Source of the DNA: Candidatus Latescibacterota bacterium
GTDB lineage: Bacteria; Latescibacterota; UBA2968; UBA8231
Direction: 5' to 3'
Assembly: GCA_965242865.1 (NCBI GenBank)
Contig: CBDETK010000013.1
Span: 4,864,001-4,928,000, forward strand
Length of the DNA: 64,000 bases
The position numbers were made by a program, and so were the translations under genes. The notes under the pieces were generated by a model. That model worked only from the letters and a program-made list of their open reading frames with translations, was not told the DNA's origin and ran no database searches. Positions 15,837-24,039 of this stretch are shown piece by piece (position 1 is the first letter of the stretch; every line of letters begins with the position of its first letter).

Positions 15837-17075
15837 CTGGGGCCGCTCCATGCAGTAGGGTGGCAGCACGTACACGCTATTGCCCAAGGGCCGCAGCAGG
15901 AATCCCCGCGCCAAAAATTGCTCCCTCAGCAGCGGTCCCACCTCGTGCAGGTAGCCTTCCGCGCCCTCGGCTACCACGTCCGCGGCCACAATCGTACCGC
16001 ACACCCGCACCCGCTTGAGCCGCTGGTGGCCGCGCAACCGCGCCGCTTCCTCGCGCTGCCAAGCCGCTAGCCAGCGGAAAGGCTCGTTGGCGAGCAAATC
16101 CAGCGAGGCCAGCGCGGCCGCGCACCCGAGCGGATTGGCCGTATAGGAGTGCCCGTGATAAAAGGCTTTAGTGGGATCGTCGCGATAGAAGGCCGAGAAA
16201 ATCCGCTCGCTGCAAACCGTGGCCGCCAGCGGCAGAAAGCCCCCGGTCAGCCCCTTGGCCAAGCAGATGAGGTCGGGTTGGGTCGCGGCTTGCTCGCAGG
16301 CGAAGAGCGTCCCGGTGCGCCCAAACCCAGTTAGCACCTCGTCGTAGATCGCCAACACATCCCATTGGCACAACAGGGCCTGCACAGCCGCGAGAAAGTG
16401 CGGGCGGCACATCCGCATGCCCCCCGCGCCCTGTACCAGCGGCTCTAGTATCATGGCCGCGTACTGGCCGGGCCGGTGCTCCAGCAGCTCCTCCAGCCGG
16501 GCCAGTGCCCGCGCCTCTTTGGCCTCTACCTCCTCATCGCCGGCCCAGGTGGCCGGAAAGGGCACGGCGTCGGCCGGAAAAAGCAGGTCGGCAAAAGGGC
16601 GCGTAAAAAGCGAGCGTTCCCCCACGGACATCGCCCCGAGCGTGTCGCCGTGATAGGCCCCCTCCAAGCGCAAAAAGCGCGTGCGCGTGTGCTCGCCTTG
16701 GTTGTGCCAAAACTGATAGGCCAGTTTGAGCGCGACTTCCACGGCTGTCGAGCCATCGTCCGAGTAGAAAACCCACTTTAGCGGCGCGGGCAGGGCCTCC
16801 GCCAGCCGCCGGGCTAGCTCCTCGGCCGGGCGATGGGTAAATCCGGCCGCGATGACCTGTTCCAGCTCTTGGGCCTGCGCGGCCACGGCCGCGGCGATCT
16901 CGGGCTGGCCGTGGCCGTGCAAGGTCACCCACCAGCTCGAAATGCAGTCGAGGATCGGCCGCCCATCCTCTAGCGTTAGCATGGCCCCGCGCCCCGTGCG
17001 CACCGGCTGCACTGGCCGGGCCGCCTTCATTTGGGTAAAAGGCGACCACACGTGGGAAGCAACGCGCTCAGCCAC
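15789..17075 (-). CDS. bioA: Adenosylmethionine-8-amino-7-oxononanoate aminotransferase
   Basis: HVWSPFTQM, ISSWWVTLHGH, DDGSTAVEVALK, YHGDT, KGLTGG, HGHSYTANP; start revised to GTG 17075 overlapping the bioD stop. Confidence 0.96.
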   Translation of the reverse strand: MAERVASHVWSPFTQMKAARPVQPVRTGRGAMLTLEDGRPILDCISSWWVTLHGHGQPEIAAAVAAQAQELEQVIAAGFTHRPAEELARRLAEALPAPLKWVFYSDDGSTAVEVALKLAYQFWHNQGEHTRTRFLRLEGAYHGDTLGAMSVGERSLFTRPFADLLFPADAVPFPATWAGDEEVEAKEARALARLEELLEHRPGQYAAMILEPLVQGAGGMRMCRPHFLAAVQALLCQWDVLAIYDEVLTGFGRTGTLFACEQAATQPDLICLAKGLTGGFLPLAATVCSERIFSAFYRDDPTKAFYHGHSYTANPLGCAAALASLDLLANEPFRWLAAWQREEAARLRGHQRLKRVRVCGTIVAADVVAEGAEGYLHEVGPLLREQFLARGFLLRPLGNSVYVLPPYCMERPQLASIYDCLCELLDAL

Positions 17076-17691
17076 GACGGCCAAAATAGCGGGCGAACAG
17101 CGCCCGGACGTTGGTGGGCGACAGTGCGACCCGGCGGTCGAGGGTGGCCAGCACCGACACTTGTCCATAGTGGGCAATGGCGCGGCAATTGGCTGGATTG
17201 GGCGGGCCGTTGACCACCACGCCCACGAGCGGGCAACCGTTGCGGCGCAGTTGAGCGAGCGTCAACAGCGTGTGATTGATGGTGCCCAATTCGCTGTGCG
17301 CCACCACCAGCACTGGCAACCCCAGCGCGGCCATCAGATCGATCATCAGGTGCCGGTCGTCGAGCGGGACCATCACGCCGCCCGCCCCTTCGACGATCAA
17401 ACGCGACCGCTTGGGCAGGGCGAAGCGGCTCATCTCGATCTGCACACCTTGGCGTCGGGCCGCCTCGTGCGGCGACAGGGGGGTGCGCAAGCGATAGGTC
17501 TCCGGCAGGACGCGCTCGGCCGGCAGGCCGGCGACGCGCCGCACCCAATCGGCGTCCGCAGCGGTTCCGGTTTGCACGGGCTTCCAATAGGCGGCCTCCA
17601 GCCCCACCGCGAGCAAGGCCGAGACATAGGATTTGCCGACGCCCGTGTCCGTCCCGGTGACGAACAAGCGCGCGGGGAGCTCAGCCGCCAC
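17068..17691 (-). CDS. bioD: Dethiobiotin synthase
   Basis: FVTGTDTGVGKS, WKPVQTG, VEGAGGVMVP, LGTINHTLL. Confidence 0.97.
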   Translation of the reverse strand: MAAELPARLFVTGTDTGVGKSYVSALLAVGLEAAYWKPVQTGTAADADWVRRVAGLPAERVLPETYRLRTPLSPHEAARRQGVQIEMSRFALPKRSRLIVEGAGGVMVPLDDRHLMIDLMAALGLPVLVVAHSELGTINHTLLTLAQLRRNGCPLVGVVVNGPPNPANCRAIAHYGQVSVLATLDRRVALSPTNVRALFARYFGRRG

Positions 17692-18487
17692 GGCCCCCCG
17701 CTTTCTCGACCGCTAGATAGTGAATGGCGCAGGTGATCTCCACGCCGTTGGGACAATCGCGATCCCAGCCGCGCACGAGCCGGCGCAAGTGCGCCGGGCC
17801 GAGGGATCGCGGTCGCATCGGTGCTTGGGCCCCCGTGCGCTTGAGGTGGCGCAAGAAGTCGTGCGCGGTGGGGAAGCGCAGCGCGAGCGTTTGTTCCCAT
17901 TGGCGCACTGCGACTGGTTCGGCCGCGAATGCGCCGGCCACGGCTGCCAAGGCGGGCAAGGGGTTGGCGCTGCAGGGGACGCCTTGGCGTGCACATTGGC
18001 GGTGCCATTCGGCGTATGAACCCATCCCCGGATAGGAGCAGAGCAATTGCCCGCCGGGTTTGAGCGCGGCCAGCAGGTGCCTCAGCCCAGCGGGCAAATC
18101 GGCAAACCACTGAACCACAAAACTGGCGCAGATCAAGGCGTAGCGTCCCTCGCTTCTTAGTTGCTCCCCATCCAAGACCCGATAGCGGAGGTCTGGATGG
18201 GCGACTTGGGCGGCCATTTTTTGCCGACAATGCGCGACCATGGCCGGCGCGAGGTCGGTCAGCTCCAACCGACGCTTGGGGAAGAGCGCGGCCAAGGACG
18301 CACTCAAAAAGCCCGTGCCGCAGCCGATTTCGAGCACCGGGCCTTCTACTAGGTCGCTGGCGCACTCGGCCGCGCATTGAGCCAACGCGGCCGCGCCCAC
18401 GCGCTGCTCCTCGGCGTGGCAATCGTACGTCGAGGAGCAGCGGGAGAACTTCTCCACGACGCGGGCCTTAAAACTCGCTTCCGTCAT
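17681..18487 (-). CDS. bioC: Malonyl-ACP O-methyltransferase
   Basis: FSRCSSTYD...Q, LEIGCGTG, VVQWF; bio operon context; ATGA overlap with the upstream esterase. Confidence 0.9.
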   Translation of the reverse strand: MTEASFKARVVEKFSRCSSTYDCHAEEQRVGAAALAQCAAECASDLVEGPVLEIGCGTGFLSASLAALFPKRRLELTDLAPAMVAHCRQKMAAQVAHPDLRYRVLDGEQLRSEGRYALICASFVVQWFADLPAGLRHLLAALKPGGQLLCSYPGMGSYAEWHRQCARQGVPCSANPLPALAAVAGAFAAEPVAVRQWEQTLALRFPTAHDFLRHLKRTGAQAPMRPRSLGPAHLRRLVRGWDRDCPNGVEITCAIHYLAVEKAGGRGG

Positions 18488-19143
18488 ACCGGCTGCATCC
18501 CGCGCCAAGCCCGTTCAACGCGCTCCCAACACGCCCTCGGATGCGTCAGGGGCAGCGCGTGACCGGCCTCCGCCACGATAGCCAGCACACTATTGGGCCG
18601 CAACGCGCTCAGTTCTTCGGCCCGCTCTACGGGCACTACGCGGTCGCGGCGGCCGTGCAAAATGAGCACCCGCGTAGCGGCCGGTATTGCGGCTAGCTCC
18701 AACGCGCTCTCCTGCAATAGCTGCAAATCGCGGCGCAAGCTCGCGACGTCAATGGCCCCGGGCCAGCGGCTGTCTGGCGGCACTCCACAGCGGGCGTAAA
18801 AATCGGCCAATAAGGCCGCTGGTTCGCGCTCCAAGCGCGCCAGCATCTGCGCGACCGTGCGGCGCGACCGGGCGACGCGCCGGGCGCATGGCGCGTGAAA
18901 GTGGCGAAAGCCGCTGAGGATCGCGATCAACTCGGCCCCCCAGATCCGGGGCGGCAACAGGTGCAAGCCGAGAGAGTGCGCCAAGACAATGCGCGGCCGG
19001 ACCGCGACCGTGGCGACCGGGCCGAAGTACCCTCGGTCTGGGCAGTGCAGCGCAAAGCCGGCGGGCAAGATCGCCCGCCAGCGATCCCAGCATCCCGCAC
19101 CAAACCCCCAGCCGTGTTGCGCGACCACGTCAACGACGGCCAT
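18484..19143 (-). CDS. bioH: Pimeloyl-ACP methyl ester esterase (BioH function; BioK-like sequence)
   Basis: HGWG, DRGYFG, AHSLG nucleophile, HGRRDRVVP, GHALP; lies between bioF and bioC. Confidence 0.75.
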   Translation of the reverse strand: MAVVDVVAQHGWGFGAGCWDRWRAILPAGFALHCPDRGYFGPVATVAVRPRIVLAHSLGLHLLPPRIWGAELIAILSGFRHFHAPCARRVARSRRTVAQMLARLEREPAALLADFYARCGVPPDSRWPGAIDVASLRRDLQLLQESALELAAIPAATRVLILHGRRDRVVPVERAEELSALRPNSVLAIVAEAGHALPLTHPRACWERVERAWRGMQPV

Positions 19144-20293
19144 CGCGCCACCGCTGGAGCAGTTCGACCAGCCTATCGAGGTCGCTCGGCTGGTGTAGGG
19201 CGCTGAGTGCCAAGCGCACCCGCGCCCGGCCCGGCTCGACTGTGGGCGGGCGAATGGCCACGGCGAGGACGCCGTTTTCTTCTAGATAGGCGTTCAGGGC
19301 CAACGCTTCGCCCTCCGCGCCCACCATCAGCGGCACGATCTGCGCGGTGGCCGCCCCGGTATCCCAGCCTTGCGCCCGCAACGCATTGCGCAAGTACTGG
19401 GCGTGAGCGAGCAAGGTTTGGCGCTGGGCGTCCATTTGCGGCACCAGCTCTAGGGCCGCATCGACCGCGCCCAAAACGGCCGGCGGCAGCGCGGTCGTGT
19501 AGATGAACCCCGGGCAGCAGTTGACCAAGTACTCCCACAACTTCTCGCCGCAGGCCACGTACGCCCCAAAAGACCCCAGAGCCTTGCCAAAGGTGCCGAC
19601 GCATAGATCCACGGCCTTGCCGCACGTCAGCCCCATTCCCCGCTCGCCCAACACGCCCGTGGCGTGTGCTTCGTCGATGACCAGCAGTGCGTCGAACGCT
19701 GCGGCCAATTCGACGAGCGCGTCGATGTCGCTGACGTCGCCGTCCATGCTAAACACCGATTCGGTGACGATCACCCGGCGCGAGTGCGTCGCCGCGCTTT
19801 CGGCCAGCAGGGTGCCCAGGTGATCCAAGTCGCCGTGGCGGTAGCGCCGCACCCGACAGCGCCCCAAAATTGCCCCTTGCACCAAGCTGTTGTGGCAGCG
19901 CCGGTCGAGCAAGATGAGGGCGCGCCGATCGACCAGTGCCGGCAGCAGCGAAACATTGGCCTGATAGCCCGAATTGAGCACCAGCGCCCGCTCGGTCTGC
20001 TTGAGCTTGGCCAAGGTCTGCTCCACTTGGGCAAAGCCCGGCTGAGAGCCACAAACCAAGCGCGCGGCCCCGGCCCCGGCCCCGTAGTGCTCGACGAACT
20101 CAATGGCCCGCGCCCGGACGAGCGGGTGCGACGCCAAGCCGAGGTAATCGTTGGAGCTAAAATTGACCAGTTCGCGGCCCTGCGCTCGCACTCGCGCCCG
20201 GCCGGCCGGAGCCCAAGTCCGTAGCGACCGCAGCTGCCCGGCCTGTTGCCGCCGCGCCAATTCGGCGCGCATAAAGTCGAATTTTGTCTGCAT
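19130..20293 (-). CDS. bioF: 8-amino-7-oxononanoate synthase
   Basis: NFSSNDYLGL, TESVFSMDGD, IDEAHATG, GTFGKALG, AIRPPTV; start revised to ATG 20293. Confidence 0.97.
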   Translation of the reverse strand: MQTKFDFMRAELARRQQAGQLRSLRTWAPAGRARVRAQGRELVNFSSNDYLGLASHPLVRARAIEFVEHYGAGAGAARLVCGSQPGFAQVEQTLAKLKQTERALVLNSGYQANVSLLPALVDRRALILLDRRCHNSLVQGAILGRCRVRRYRHGDLDHLGTLLAESAATHSRRVIVTESVFSMDGDVSDIDALVELAAAFDALLVIDEAHATGVLGERGMGLTCGKAVDLCVGTFGKALGSFGAYVACGEKLWEYLVNCCPGFIYTTALPPAVLGAVDAALELVPQMDAQRQTLLAHAQYLRNALRAQGWDTGAATAQIVPLMVGAEGEALALNAYLEENGVLAVAIRPPTVEPGRARVRLALSALHQPSDLDRLVELLQRWRDGRR

Positions 20294-20403
20294 AACGTGA
20301 AGCTGTGGCAAATGATTCGCCCAAGCAAGGTAAGCCGCCTACGGGCTTGCCGCACGAGGTGCGTTGGTCTATACTATCGCCGTGAACTTGCTCCTCCGCT
20401 GCC

Positions 20404-21297
20404 ATGGCGACGACCCATAAAATCACTGTTTCTTCGCTCCAGGCCAAAAAGGAGCGGGGCCAGCAGATCTGCATGCTGACGGCCTACGACTACCCCACGG
20501 CTGCGCTGCAAGACGAAGCCGGCCTCGACGTGATCTTGGTCGGCGACTCAGTGGGAACCAACGTCTTGGGCTATCGCGGCCCGCAGCAGGTGACCATGGA
20601 CGACATCCTCCACCACCTGCGGGCGGTGCGCCGGGCGGTGCGCCGGGCCTTTCTCCTCGCCGACCTGCCCTTCATGTCCTTTCAGCCCTCGGTCGAGACC
20701 GCGGTCCAAAACGCCGGGCGTCTAGTCCAAGAAGGCGGAGCCGAAGGCGTCAAACTAGAGGGCGGTCGGCCGGTTTTGCCGCAGTTAAAAGCCATTGTGG
20801 AGGCTGGCGTTCCGGTCGTCGGCCACCTCGGGTTTACCCCGCAGTCCCAAGCCCGCGAGTTCTACCTGTTCAGCGACCGGCGCGGCACTGTGCCCAAGTT
20901 TCACGGCAAGGGGCCGAAGGGGGCCAAAGCCCTCGTCGAGCACGCCCTGCGCCTAGAGGACGCCGGCGCGTTTGCCTTAGTCCTAGAGATGGTCACAGAA
21001 GAAGCCGCCCAAGCCGTGGCCGAGCGGCTCAAAATTCCGGTCGTCGGCATTGGCGCGGGCCGCTATTGCGACGGCCAAGTGCTCATAGTCCACGATCTCG
21101 TCGGCCTCAACCAAGAAGCCTTAATCCTCACCAAAGCCTACGGCCAAACGCGCCAAGTTTGGGTCGAAATGTTCAAAACCTACTGCCGCGAAGTCGCCGA
21201 AGGCCGCTTTCCCACGGCCGAAAACACCGCGCACATGGCCCCGGAAAAACGCGCCCGCTTAGACCAACTGCTCAGCGATGGCGGCCCGAATCGCTGA
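20404..21297 (+). CDS. panB: 3-methyl-2-oxobutanoate hydroxymethyltransferase
   Basis: MLTAYD, ILVGDS, ADLPF, VKLEGG, GHLGFTPQ, GIGAG..CDGQVL. Confidence 0.96.
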   Translation: MATTHKITVSSLQAKKERGQQICMLTAYDYPTAALQDEAGLDVILVGDSVGTNVLGYRGPQQVTMDDILHHLRAVRRAVRRAFLLADLPFMSFQPSVETAVQNAGRLVQEGGAEGVKLEGGRPVLPQLKAIVEAGVPVVGHLGFTPQSQAREFYLFSDRRGTVPKFHGKGPKGAKALVEHALRLEDAGAFALVLEMVTEEAAQAVAERLKIPVVGIGAGRYCDGQVLIVHDLVGLNQEALILTKAYGQTRQVWVEMFKTYCREVAEGRFPTAENTAHMAPEKRARLDQLLSDGGPNR

Positions 21298-21319
21298 GCC
21301 TTCGAGAGGAAAATTTCTC

Positions 21320-22825
21320 ATGCGCTTACTCTACGCCGCTGCCCTGATGTTGTGGACGACTGCCCCCGCGCTGGCCCAAGACGCCCAACAAAGCTGGATT
21401 CAAAAAATTGACGCTGCGTTTGGGTCCATCGTCGCGGCGATGGCCGGCGTCCTCTTCGCCGACCTAGGCACGAAAATTCCCCTCATTATATGGGTGCTCG
21501 TCCTAGGCGGCATTTACTATTCGTTCTATTTTGGCTGGATTTCCCTGCGCGGCTTCCGCCATGCCATCGACGTCATCCGAGGCCGGTACGACGACCCGGA
21601 CGACCCCGGGGAAATCTCCCATTTCCAAGCCCTCACCAGCGCCCTGTCGGCCACCATCGGCCTCGGCAACATCGCCGGCGTGGCCATTGCCGTCAGCTTG
21701 GGCGGGCCGGGCGCGGTCTTTTGGATGCTCCTGACCGCCTTGTTCGGCATGTCCTCCAAGCTGGCCTCCTGCACCCTAGCCGTCATGTATCGCAAAATTC
21801 ACCCCGACGGCCGCATCTCCGGCGGGCCGATGTACTACCTAGAGCACGGGCTGGCCAGTAAAGGGCTCAAGCCGTTGGGGCGCGCATTTGCCATTCTGTT
21901 CGCCATCTTTACCATTGGCGGCTCCCTCGGCGGCGGCAACATGTTCCAGTCCAACCAAACGGTCGAGATCCTCAGCACCGTGTCGCCGGCGGTGGGAGAC
22001 TACAACTGGGCCTTTGGCCTCCTCTTCGCCTTGCTGGTGTCCTTGGTCATCATCGGCGGCATCAAGCGAATTGGCCGCGTCACCTCCAAGATCGTGCCCT
22101 TCATGTGCCTGCTCTACGTGACCGCTTCCCTCGTCATCATTCTATCGCACCTCGCCGCAGTGCCCGCCATGATCGCGACCATTTTCCGCGAAGCCTTCTC
22201 GCCGCAGGCCCTGTACGGTGGCTTTTTGGGCGTCCTAATCGTCGGCGTCAAGCGGGCGGCCTTTTCCAACGAGGCCGGCCTCGGCTCTGCGGCCTTTGCC
22301 CACGCGGCCGCCCGCACCAACGAGCCGGCGCGCGAGGGCATGGTCGCGATGATCGGCCCCTTCATCGACACGATCGCGATCTGCTTGATGACCGCCTTGG
22401 TCTGCATGATTACCGGGGTGTACACCGATCCTCAGTTCCAAGCGAGTGAAGGCTTTATCGTGGGGGCCAAAATGACCGCGGCGGCCTTTGATTCGTTCCT
22501 GCCCGGCGCCCGCTATGTCCTCGCCATTGGCGTCATGCTCTTTGCGTACTCGACGATGATTTCTTGGTCGTACTACGGCGAGCGAGCGTGGGAGTACCTC
22601 TTTGGCAGCCGCTTCAACCTAATCTACCGGGTCATTTTCGTCGTCTGCGTCTTCTTTGGCTCGATCGTCACGCTCAAAAACGTGCTCGACTTTACCGACA
22701 TGATCCTGTTGAGCATGGCCTTTCCCAACATCATCGGCGGCATCATCCTCAGCCCGCAGATCAAGGCGTGCCTGCAAGACTACTGGGGCCGGCTAAAAAG
22801 CGGTCAGATGACGCGCTACAAATAA
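21320..22825 (+). CDS. Alanine/glycine:cation (Na+) symporter, AGCS family
   Basis: ISHFQAL..ALSATIGLGNIAGVA, GGPGAVFWM, GGPMYY, FSNEAGLGS, SWSYYGE; start revised to ATG 21320 after GAGAGG. Confidence 0.95.
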   Translation: MRLLYAAALMLWTTAPALAQDAQQSWIQKIDAAFGSIVAAMAGVLFADLGTKIPLIIWVLVLGGIYYSFYFGWISLRGFRHAIDVIRGRYDDPDDPGEISHFQALTSALSATIGLGNIAGVAIAVSLGGPGAVFWMLLTALFGMSSKLASCTLAVMYRKIHPDGRISGGPMYYLEHGLASKGLKPLGRAFAILFAIFTIGGSLGGGNMFQSNQTVEILSTVSPAVGDYNWAFGLLFALLVSLVIIGGIKRIGRVTSKIVPFMCLLYVTASLVIILSHLAAVPAMIATIFREAFSPQALYGGFLGVLIVGVKRAAFSNEAGLGSAAFAHAAARTNEPAREGMVAMIGPFIDTIAICLMTALVCMITGVYTDPQFQASEGFIVGAKMTAAAFDSFLPGARYVLAIGVMLFAYSTMISWSYYGERAWEYLFGSRFNLIYRVIFVVCVFFGSIVTLKNVLDFTDMILLSMAFPNIIGGIILSPQIKACLQDYWGRLKSGQMTRYK

Positions 22826-22852
22826 TCAGCGGTCCGCCGCTGGCTGGAAAAG

Positions 22853-23962
22853 TTACCGTTGAGTAGCCTGCAACCGCCGCACCCGCGCCGGGGTGTGGTC
22901 TTGGGCAATCTCCGAGGAGAGAATGCCCAACGAGCGGTCCGCGAGCGGCAGATCCACGCGGGCAAAGCCGGTGCGGTGCGATTGGCGCAGGGCAATGGCC
23001 ACTTCGAGGGCGGCCCGCCCATCGTCGCCCGAGCAGCGCGGCGGTGCGCCGGTCTCTATGGCGTGAATCAGGTCCTCTATAATGGTCAGGCCCATGCCTT
23101 GGATGCGCGTCGGATAGGGAAAGGGTACGGACGCGGGCACTCCGCGTCCCCGGTTGCCGCCCGGTGCCGTGCGGATGTACTCCATTTGGGTGCAATTGGC
23201 TAAAGAGCGGATGCGGCCCTCCGTGCCAATGACGTCGATTTCCCAAGCCGCGACCCCGGTGGGAGTAGCGCGGATAAAGGCGCGGACGCCGTTGTCAAAG
23301 CTGAGATAGCCGTTGCCCTGCGGGTCGGTTTCGCCGGCGGCCGCGGCATCTGATTCCATTTCGCCAAAAACCCACTCAACCTGCCCCCCCGCCAAGTAGC
23401 GCACAATGTCGATGAGGTGGCTGCCGTTGTGCGACAGGCCGCACTGGGCGTAGCCGGTGACTTGGAGGATTTGCCCGAGTGCCCCTTTGTCAATGAGGGC
23501 GCGGGCCTCGCTGAAGAACGGGTTCCAGCGGCGGGCGCAGTTAATGGCCAAGGCCGTGCCGTGTTGGCGGCATACTTCCACCATGGCATCGGCTTCGGCC
23601 AAGGTCAGGGCGATGGGCTTTTCGGCCCATATTGCCTTGACGCCCGCGCGGGCGCAGTCCTCCACGATCTGCGAGCGAATGCGGGCGGTCGTGCAGACGC
23701 TGACCAAGTCGAGGTTTTCGCGCTCCAACATTTGGCGATAGTCGCTGTAGAGATGGTCTTGCGCCAGCCCCCAGCGGTCGCCGAAAATGGCGCGTTGCTC
23801 GGCGTGCGGGTCGGCGCCAGCCACCAGTTCCGCATGGGGCGAAGCGCGGTACGAGGGGGCGTGGCAATAGGGCAGAAAAATGGACCCGCCTTCGCTCATT
23901 TCGTCGTCGAACGTGCTGCCCATGCGGCCCAAGCCGATAACGGCGGCGCGATGCGTAGTCAT
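22853..23962 (-). CDS. Gfo/Idh/MocA family oxidoreductase
   Basis: VIGLGRMG Rossmann motif, AEKP, NGSHLID. Confidence 0.9.
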   Translation of the reverse strand: MTTHRAAVIGLGRMGSTFDDEMSEGGSIFLPYCHAPSYRASPHAELVAGADPHAEQRAIFGDRWGLAQDHLYSDYRQMLERENLDLVSVCTTARIRSQIVEDCARAGVKAIWAEKPIALTLAEADAMVEVCRQHGTALAINCARRWNPFFSEARALIDKGALGQILQVTGYAQCGLSHNGSHLIDIVRYLAGGQVEWVFGEMESDAAAAGETDPQGNGYLSFDNGVRAFIRATPTGVAAWEIDVIGTEGRIRSLANCTQMEYIRTAPGGNRGRGVPASVPFPYPTRIQGMGLTIIEDLIHAIETGAPPRCSGDDGRAALEVAIALRQSHRTGFARVDLPLADRSLGILSSEIAQDHTPARVRRLQATQR

Positions 23963-24039
23963 AGTCTCCTCCGGCGTTTTGGGTGGTGATTTTACGGTCG
24001 CGTCCTTAGCTCATAGATAGGGGCCGTAAAACGCGTTGG

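Noticed and set aside
20294-20403. BirA operator or riboswitch between bioF and panB
   Set aside because: No TGTAAAC-N-GTTTACA-like palindrome or recognisable aptamer.
24000-24035. GCGTCCTTAGCTCATAGATAG resembles the 5' end of a tRNA-Arg
   Set aside because: No anticodon arm, T-loop (GTTCRA) or complementary acceptor strand follows.
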